The notes under the pieces were generated by a model. The model searched no databases and was not told the DNA's origin. It saw nothing but the letters and a program-made list of their open reading frames with translations. A stretch of 61,271 nt of DNA, the filler included. It is 10 parts of 10 records of this genome, joined end to end, with 100 filler letters (N's around TTAATTAATTAA, not from the genome) between each part and the next. Parts side by side here need not be neighbours in the genome. Positions count along the whole stretch, not along the records: positions 48,585 to 56,050 come from SRR31147125_380828; positions 56,151 to 61,271 come from SRR31147125_381824; 8 more parts are not named here. One strand, given 5' to 3'. This document shows positions 55,344 to 61,271 of this stretch, piece by piece (position 1 is the first letter of the stretch; every line of letters begins with the position of its first letter). The translations under genes and the position numbers were made by a program.

Positions 55344-55951
55344 ATATCAAAATCTGCGGACTGAAACGCCCGGCCGACATCGAGGCTGTCAACGCCGCCC
55401 TGCCGGACTTCATTGGCTTTGTGTTTGCCAAAAGCCGCCGTCAGGTCACTTATGACGAGGCAGCCGCTCTTAAAAACATGCTGGATACGCGCATCCGCGC
55501 TGTCGGCGTTTTCGTCAACGCCGAGAAGGCTGATATCGTCCGGCTGTGCCGGAATCGCGTCATTGATCTGGTCCAGCTGCACGGCGACGAGGACGAGTCT
55601 TATATCTCAGAACTGAAAAGGAACATTAATTATCCCGTCATCAAGGCTGTGCGCGTACAGGGTCCCGGGCAGATACTGGCGGCGGAAAAGCTGCCGTGCG
55701 ATTATCTGCTTTTAGACACCTATAGGAAAGACGCCTACGGCGGCACGGGCGAGCGCTTTGATTACGCGCTCATCCCCCCGCTCAAAAAGCCGTTTTTCCT
55801 TGCGGGCGGCCTGGACGCCGGCAACATCAAAGCGGCAGCAGGCATCACGCCGAAACCCTTTTGTCTGGATGTCAGCGGCGGCGCTGAAACGGACGGCTTA
55901 AAGGACGCGGACAAAATCCGCGAAATCGTCCGCATTGTTAAGACTTTATAA
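55340..55951 (+). CDS. trpF: Phosphoribosylanthranilate isomerase
   Basis: KICGL, GFVF, QLHGDE, LLD, GGTG, FLAGGL, LDVSGG.E. Confidence 0.95.
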   Translation: MNIKICGLKRPADIEAVNAALPDFIGFVFAKSRRQVTYDEAAALKNMLDTRIRAVGVFVNAEKADIVRLCRNRVIDLVQLHGDEDESYISELKRNINYPVIKAVRVQGPGQILAAEKLPCDYLLLDTYRKDAYGGTGERFDYALIPPLKKPFFLAGGLDAGNIKAAAGITPKPFCLDVSGGAETDGLKDADKIREIVRIVKTL

Positions 55952-56050
55952 TAGACAATCTCAGATAAACACTGATTGAGTCGCGTTGGATGGCTGAACG
56001 AGAGAATTTTTCGTAAGTTTGTTCAAAAAACGCAGGCAATACTTTGTGTA

Positions 56051-56150
56051 NNNNNNNNNNNNNNNNNNNNNNNNNNNNNNNNNNNNNNNNNNNNTTAATT
56101 AATTAANNNNNNNNNNNNNNNNNNNNNNNNNNNNNNNNNNNNNNNNNNNN
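56051..56150. other. Artificial contig linker
   Basis: N44-TTAATTAATTAA-N44. Confidence 0.98.
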
Positions 56151-56152
56151 CC

Positions 56153-56365
56153 CGGGCCTTTGAGGTTCTCCGCTATTTCATCGAAGACGGACGAGTCGGT
56201 ATCGACCGATTGTCCGCAGTCGGTTACGGGAGCACCAGACCAGCCTCAATCTCCCCAGCACCTGGAAGCAAAGCAATGCACAGCCGCGTCGATCTATATT
56301 TACGGGCAGATCTAAACCCAGGCACGGGTTCTGCAGAGAAAGACAGGGGGAACGTACCGCTGTAA
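56153..56365 (+). CDS. motB: OmpA/MotB C-terminal fragment (5'-truncated)
   Basis: RAFEVLRYF...RLSAVGYGSTRP...SRVDL, directly upstream of fliL. Confidence 0.65.
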   Translation, partial: RAFEVLRYFIEDGRVGIDRLSAVGYGSTRPASISPAPGSKAMHSRVDLYLRADLNPGTGSAEKDRGNVPL

Positions 56366-56403
56366 ATATTTTGACACTTGTCTATGTTTGTGCACCGGGT
56401 TAA

Positions 56404-56907
56404 ATGACCGATAATAATAAGAATAAAAGCTCCAGCAAAGCATCGTCGTTCAAGCGACGCACGACAGCTGTTTTGACACTTCTGTTCCTGACCGCAGCCG
56501 GGATCGCATGCTGGACAGTCTACCAACGCTCCGGGTTTGACCTGACCACTCGAGACGGCAACATCGTTCCATCTTCCTCACAAACAGACGTGATCCACAC
56601 CGTCCCCGGACCAATGGTGGACTTGAAAGAGTTCCTCGTTAACCTCATCAGTGAGGACAACGGTCACTACCTGAAAACTTCAATTACCCTCGAATTGTCA
56701 AACACCGATACGCAGAAAGAGGTGGAAGCGAGAAGGGCTCAGGTTCGTGACGCGATCCTGATGCTGATCAGCAATAAAACATTTGAAGAACTCTACGATC
56801 TTTACGGCAAAAAACAGCTCAAGGCTGAAATTGCACTGACCGTTAACGCTGTATTGACGGGTGGCAGCGTAACAGCTGTCTACCTGACCGATTTCGTCGT
56901 CCAGTAG
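56404..56907 (+). CDS. fliL: Flagellar basal body protein FliL
   Basis: TM helix, FLVNL, VRDAIL, GKKQLK.EI, VYLTDFVVQ. Confidence 0.9.
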   Translation: MTDNNKNKSSSKASSFKRRTTAVLTLLFLTAAGIACWTVYQRSGFDLTTRDGNIVPSSSQTDVIHTVPGPMVDLKEFLVNLISEDNGHYLKTSITLELSNTDTQKEVEARRAQVRDAILMLISNKTFEELYDLYGKKQLKAEIALTVNAVLTGGSVTAVYLTDFVVQ

Positions 56908-56916
56908 CCGACCAGG

Positions 56917-57909
56917 ATGTTCATGGAACCGATTCTCTCGAAGCAGGAAATTGCGGATCTTCTCAGTACACTCAAAACGAGTGGATCGCAACCGGGCGAC
57001 AGCTTTGATTCTTCCTCAGGAATTGACTCCCCCGGTTACGACGACATCGATCTTTTCAATCGTTATTCAGAATTCAGAGAGCCGCAGGCGATCCCCAATT
57101 TCGACCTGATCATGGACCTGTTCGCGGAATATTTCTCCCTCTCTCTCTCTCAGGCACTGCAGTGTACGGTCAATGCCGCTGCTACGAAGCTCTCCTATCA
57201 ACGTTTTAACACCTATCTCATCTCGGAACCTAATCCCTGTGCGATAGGTGTCATCAAAGCCGATCCGCTGAATTACGGAGGCATTATCACACTCAGCCCG
57301 AAACTGGGGTTCAGTCTGATCGAGATCTTGCTCGGTGGAACGCCTCACCCGGACGCTACGCAACCGGATCGCTCCGCAACCCGTCTTGAGTTGTCCATTC
57401 TCGAATCAGTGCTGGCATTGGGATGCCATTCGTTTCAACGCGCGATGATTCCCGTCGCCGAGATACACACCGACCTGGTCAAAACGACCCACGATCTGCG
57501 TCTTGTATCGTTAGTCGCACCCGATGCAGAAATTGCAGTGTGTGCATTCCACGTACAATCCGATTATTTCTCGGAATCCATGCAACTGGTCTTTCCCACG
57601 GCCGCTTTTACTTCATTCAGGCAGTTTTTCGAAAACCTGCTGAACATGAATGAGCTCACCGACTCTCACTGGCAGGCCCCGGTCTCCGCCCATCTTGATT
57701 CAATACGATGCACCGTTATGGCCCGTGCCGAATTGATAGAAATGACAATCAGAGATTTTCTTTCGCTTAAAAAAGGAGATACGTTGCCACTCACCCACTC
57801 CCCCGGTGCCAGCCTTGACCTGCTCGTCGAAGGAAAAGTGAAATTCTCGGGAGTTCAGATGGAAAAAGATCGAAAACGACATGTCCGCATTACCGATATT
57901 TCTGGTTAA
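56917..57909 (+). CDS. fliM: Flagellar motor switch protein FliM
   Basis: N-terminal ILSKQEIADLL CheY-binding peptide, ILLGG, R..T.LE, C-terminal SpoA domain. Confidence 0.85.
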   Translation: MFMEPILSKQEIADLLSTLKTSGSQPGDSFDSSSGIDSPGYDDIDLFNRYSEFREPQAIPNFDLIMDLFAEYFSLSLSQALQCTVNAAATKLSYQRFNTYLISEPNPCAIGVIKADPLNYGGIITLSPKLGFSLIEILLGGTPHPDATQPDRSATRLELSILESVLALGCHSFQRAMIPVAEIHTDLVKTTHDLRLVSLVAPDAEIAVCAFHVQSDYFSESMQLVFPTAAFTSFRQFFENLLNMNELTDSHWQAPVSAHLDSIRCTVMARAELIEMTIRDFLSLKKGDTLPLTHSPGASLDLLVEGKVKFSGVQMEKDRKRHVRITDISG

Positions 57910-57927
57910 CATTTAAGAGGATTGCAC

Positions 57928-58317
57928 ATGGTACCGATTGACCACACCTCACAAACTCCACGCCCAGACCCCCAGGAACTGAAGGACCTTCTTGAGGATG
58001 AATTCCTCGATCCAACGCCTTTCGCCCTGGAAGAACAATCCGATGCGACAGCGCCGCGCGGACTTGAGTTTCTCTACGATGTCCCGCTCCAGGTATCGGT
58101 TGAGATCGGCAGGTCCAAAATTCTGCTGCGCGATCTTCTCAACATGGGGCCTGGACAGATTGTCGAGCTTAATAAAATGGCCGACGACCCACTCGATCTG
58201 TATGTGAACTCCCGGTTGATAGCCCGGGGCAAGCCGGTCAAGGTCGGTAATAAATTCGGACTCAAACTGACCGAAGTAATCAGTACAAGTGACCGCATTG
58301 AAAAACTCGGGCCTTGA
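57928..58317 (+). CDS. fliN: Flagellar motor switch protein FliN
   Basis: DVPLQVSVEIG, G.IVEL.K, YVNSRLIARG..V.V..KFG. Confidence 0.92.
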   Translation: MVPIDHTSQTPRPDPQELKDLLEDEFLDPTPFALEEQSDATAPRGLEFLYDVPLQVSVEIGRSKILLRDLLNMGPGQIVELNKMADDPLDLYVNSRLIARGKPVKVGNKFGLKLTEVISTSDRIEKLGP

Positions 58318-58476
58318 TAGTGCAGAAAGAACTCGTGTTTATTCGGGACAGTATCAAATATATTTGATAGCATGCATGTGCCGATCTGTTACCATCCAGT
58401 AACCTCAAGGCAGCCTCAACAATAACTGCCCCGTGTATCTGCCCTGGGGATAACCTTTACCGTAGATTGTCCCTCG

Positions 58477-59307
58477 ATGAATAACCGTGACCATACGAAA
58501 CCGCAGCCGACCAGAGTATTATCGGTTACAAGCGGCAAAGGAGGGGTTGGAAAAACCGCTGTTGTCGCAAATACGGCCTGTTGCCTCGCCCGATCCGGGA
58601 AAAAGTTCTCCTCATTGATGCCGATCTGGGACTCGCTAATATCGATGTTGTTTTCGGTCTGACGCCTCAATTCAACCTCAACCACTTTTTTTCCGGGGAA
58701 AAGGACCTCCGATCAATTGTCGTCCGAGGCCCCCATAACCTGCATATTCTTCCTGCGGGCTCCGGACAGCAATCATTTATCAAACTCGATGGTGATCAGA
58801 AGCTCCGCCTGCTTGACGGTCTTGGAACGCTGGACGACGACTACGATTTCGTATTTATCGATACCGAAGCAGGCATTTCAGAAAACGTGACCTACTTCAA
58901 CACCGCGGCCCACGATATAGTGCTGGTGACAACGCCGGACCCAGCCGCCATAACCGATGCCTACGCACTCATGAAGTTGCTCTCCACGCAGTATCATGAA
59001 AAAATTCTGCCTGGTCGTCAATATGGTCCGGGATGAAACCGAGGCGCTAGATGTCTATCGAAAACTCACCGTTGTGGCCAATCGATACCTTGATATTTCC
59101 ATAGATTATTACGGTTCGATACCCTACGACCGGCAAATGGCCGAGGCAATCCGCAGACAGCAGGCTATCGTCGATCTCCATGCTGACGCACACGTATCAC
59201 TGGCATTCTCCGAACTCGCCGAACACATTGCAAAAGGCAGTTGGGAGAGCTCTCCAAAGGGCAATGTGCAGTTTTTCTGGAACCGGCTGCTGCGATCGAG
59301 TTCCTGA
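58477..59307 (+). CDS. flhG: FlhG/FleN MinD-like ATPase (frameshifts near 58602 and 59003)
   Basis: TSGKGGVGKT, IDADLGLANID, IDTEAGI, TPDPAAITDAYALMK, VVNM, GSIPYD, FFW at the C-terminus. Confidence 0.85.
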
Positions 59308-59606
59308 TACAGACGACCTTGAAAAATTCATATTTTGGTTCAAAGTCAAGTCTCGGACGGGAGTTTACCGCAGACCGAGTTGATAGTTCGAGGATAAAAT
59401 TTCCATGCGCAACGCAAAGTTCCGGCTAAAAGGCAATTTTTAAGGGTAGCCAGTACAATACGAATATTATCGGCATGTTAATTGTGAATTCGATGCGCAC
59501 TCAACTTGCATCGAAACGTTGACCATGCTACGATAAGCCCATATGCTCATATGAGTTTACGAATGCAGTTTTTTTTTTCTTACAAAGTAACAGGTATTGT
59601 ACGCAT

Positions 59607-60290
59607 ATGAACCCAGAAACGATTTCCCTGAGCGCGATACCGGACAACAAGCCGGTCCGGGTATACCTGTCCATTGCAAATCATCGACAAAAATTTCGGA
59701 GCCAGGCGATTTTCAAATCGCAGACCGGAGCCGAATTCGAGCTCCGCTTCAAGCCGGGGACATTACCGCTAAATAATCTGAATCTTGCGAAGTCCTGCCT
59801 GATCAACGTGGATTTCGGGGGACCGAACATCTCCATGCAGGCCTCAATTTCATCAGCATCGGGGCATACGCTGAAGATGCGCGCCGACAAACTGATCAGT
59901 CATGATCAAATTCGCGAATTCTTCAGGGTTGACGCGGTCACCGAGGTGATTTCGAAGTCCTTTCATACCGATTTTTTCAACAGCACCGGACAGCCCTGGT
60001 TTCTACAGGGAAAAACCATCGATATCAGCGGCAGCGGTATTCTTGCCGCCTTTACAGAGCAGCCGCCCGAAGAGGATCCGGTTCGTCTGGAGTTGACCCT
60101 TCCATCCGGCAGCAGTGATGTCATCGTGCTGCTCGCCTCTCCGGTAAGAACACACCAGGTGGACGATTCACATTGGGAAGTTGGTTATCACTTTCAGGAA
60201 ATCAGTGATGAAGACCGCGACAGGATTGTCGGCTCTTGTCTTGAAATCCAGCGCGCGTTTCTCCGGCTCAGCGTCGATTCGATACGTTGA
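59607..60290 (+). CDS. PilZ-domain c-di-GMP receptor (flagellar-brake-like architecture)
   Basis: RxxxR (REFFR) and DxSxxG (DISGSG) motifs. Confidence 0.85.
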   Translation: MNPETISLSAIPDNKPVRVYLSIANHRQKFRSQAIFKSQTGAEFELRFKPGTLPLNNLNLAKSCLINVDFGGPNISMQASISSASGHTLKMRADKLISHDQIREFFRVDAVTEVISKSFHTDFFNSTGQPWFLQGKTIDISGSGILAAFTEQPPEEDPVRLELTLPSGSSDVIVLLASPVRTHQVDDSHWEVGYHFQEISDEDRDRIVGSCLEIQRAFLRLSVDSIR

Positions 60291-60946
60291 TGCCGGCAAC
60301 TCATCCGCTTGTGCCGGCGCCGGCGAGAACGAGTTTGAACGGTGCGGCATTCGTTATTCTCTGTATTCTCACGCTGGCAATCCAATCCTGCAGACCTCCA
60401 GCGCTAGCCGAAGTCATAGCCGCCGAGTTTATCGAGAGGGCCGAATCAGCGGTCGAGAAGCGATCTCTCAGTACTTTGCTCGATCTCCTGGCAGAGGACT
60501 ATCACGACGAGTTCAACCGGAATCGCCGCGACATGCTCGCCCTGGCTTCCGGCTACCTCCGTCACTCGCAATCCGTTTACCTTTTCATTGATCTGCAGAG
60601 TGCCGAATTCCTGCCCGACTCCCGGATCGATTGTACGCTTTTTGTAGCCCTTGCCTCTACCCCCGTAGAAAAAAGAAGCATGCTGCCGGATCTCAACGGG
60701 GAGTTTTACCGGGTTGAGATGGAACTGGTACAAGCAGGTTCCCGCTGGCGTGTCATTCAGGTAACCTGGCGGCAGGCGATGCTCGACGATTTCATGAACG
60801 GAGAGGGGCTGATCCATCATAGATCCCCCTGTTCTCAATTCTTCGTTATAGGCTTTTTGACCGGACGAGACACCAGAGAACATCGACTGTTCGAGAAACA
60901 TCAGGAAGTAGAAGACCCCAACCACGAGGACGAGAAACGCAGTTAG
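60287..60946 (+). CDS. Hypothetical exported protein, NTF2/SnoaL-like (true stop probably near 60820)
   Basis: Hydrophobic N-terminus ending in Cys, LLAEDYHD, and W.V...W at the end of the fold. Confidence 0.5.
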   Translation: MMPATHPLVPAPARTSLNGAAFVILCILTLAIQSCRPPALAEVIAAEFIERAESAVEKRSLSTLLDLLAEDYHDEFNRNRRDMLALASGYLRHSQSVYLFIDLQSAEFLPDSRIDCTLFVALASTPVEKRSMLPDLNGEFYRVEMELVQAGSRWRVIQVTWRQAMLDDFMNGEGLIHHRSPCSQFFVIGFLTGRDTREHRLFEKHQEVEDPNHEDEKRS

Positions 60947-61072
60947 TTTAAAAAGTTCTTTTGGTTTTTTGATTGCCAGCACGATGACCACCGTCGCAAG
61001 AATTGCAGCGGCAATCCAGTTGGTCGTAAAAAAGGTTACTATTCTAATAAGATAAAGCTCTATTGTATGCAT
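60800..61072 (-). CDS. Small two-TM membrane protein (3' end uncertain)
   Basis: MHTIELYLIRIVTFFTTNWIAAAILATVVIVLAIKKPKELFKLTAFLVLVVGVFYFLMFL, with a GAGG RBS. Confidence 0.5.
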
Positions 61073-61271
61073 GACTGAAACCTCTTCGACTCCCCTTCTT
61101 TCCGAGTGTTTTATCGATTGTATCAAAGAAACGTGTCGGCACACAATGGAAACCGTTCATAACACATTTCTTCACGTTCCAGCTCGTGAGAAAAAAAATT
61201 ATTTCCTGGATACTCGATAACAGTACGAGATAGTTTTCATTCTCGGCCATGCCCATCTTTCTGTGTTTTTT

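Noticed and set aside
7191-56150. Nine regularly spaced TTAATTAATTAA repeats flanked by N runs
   Set aside because: They are identical 100-nt concatenation linkers with six-frame stops, not a CRISPR array or biological repeat. Gene adjacency across them is meaningless.
2727-59307. Numerous split genes (rlmN, pta, ackA, FAD subunit, asnO, ngg, obgE, proA, AraC regulator, flhG and others) suggesting pseudogenes or programmed frameshifting
   Set aside because: Nearly all are 1-2 nt deletions in homopolymer or dinucleotide runs. They occur across unrelated organisms and hit an essential gene (obgE), which is the signature of sequencing error.
59470-59486. Sigma54-like CGGCAT-N5-TTGT upstream of the PilZ gene
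   Set aside because: It lacks the near-invariant GC at -12, so it is too weak to call.
60446-60946. Apparent 500-nt overlap of convergent ORFs
   Set aside because: A single extra G in the runs near 60806 and 60826 would give each gene a nearby stop. Given the error pattern, this is probably an artefact.

Overview
This window is not one genome. It is ten unrelated contigs of about 5-7.5 kb, joined by nine identical artificial 100-nt linkers (N44-TTAATTAATTAA-N44). A (1-7190, high-GC bacterium, possibly a spirochaete): degenerate GH36-like protein, RNase HII-like protein, rlmN, acyl-CoA ligase, esterase, LysM protein. B (7291-12793): pta-ackA-lutC-lutB lactate oxidation cluster of the sulfate-reducer type. 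C (12894-18804): DUF1185 protein, a three-gene nicotinate-dehydrogenase-like Mo hydroxylase and an enamidase, i.e. anaerobic nicotinate catabolism. D (18905-24108): NAGGN osmolyte operon (asnO, ngg, M42 peptidase) followed by a divergent DAC-fold-like protein. E (24209-29671) and G (36063-42293): intron-dense microbial eukaryote DNA (ankyrin/SAM protein, UBL/RCC1 protein, presequence protease, SCAI). F (29772-35962): GTDC1/DUF3524 glycosyltransferase, rplU-rpmA-obgE-proB-proA-nadD. H (42394-48484): GH2 beta-galactosidase, TetR, YdcF, membrane-sensor AraC regulator, PHP hydrolase. I (48585-56050, clostridial): ECF ATPases, methyltransferase, Trp T-box and trpEGDCF. J (56151-61271): motB-fliLMN, flhG, PilZ protein. 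Many genes carry 1-2 nt deletions in homopolymer runs, most likely sequencing errors. The best leads are the DAC-like gene attached to the NAGGN operon, the nicotinate cluster with a fused large subunit and orphan DUF1185, the GH36 pseudo-enzyme, the bacterial QTMAN homolog, and a bridging mini-ORF with an SD-sequestering hairpin between trpD and trpC. All family calls come from motif recognition by eye, not from database searches.
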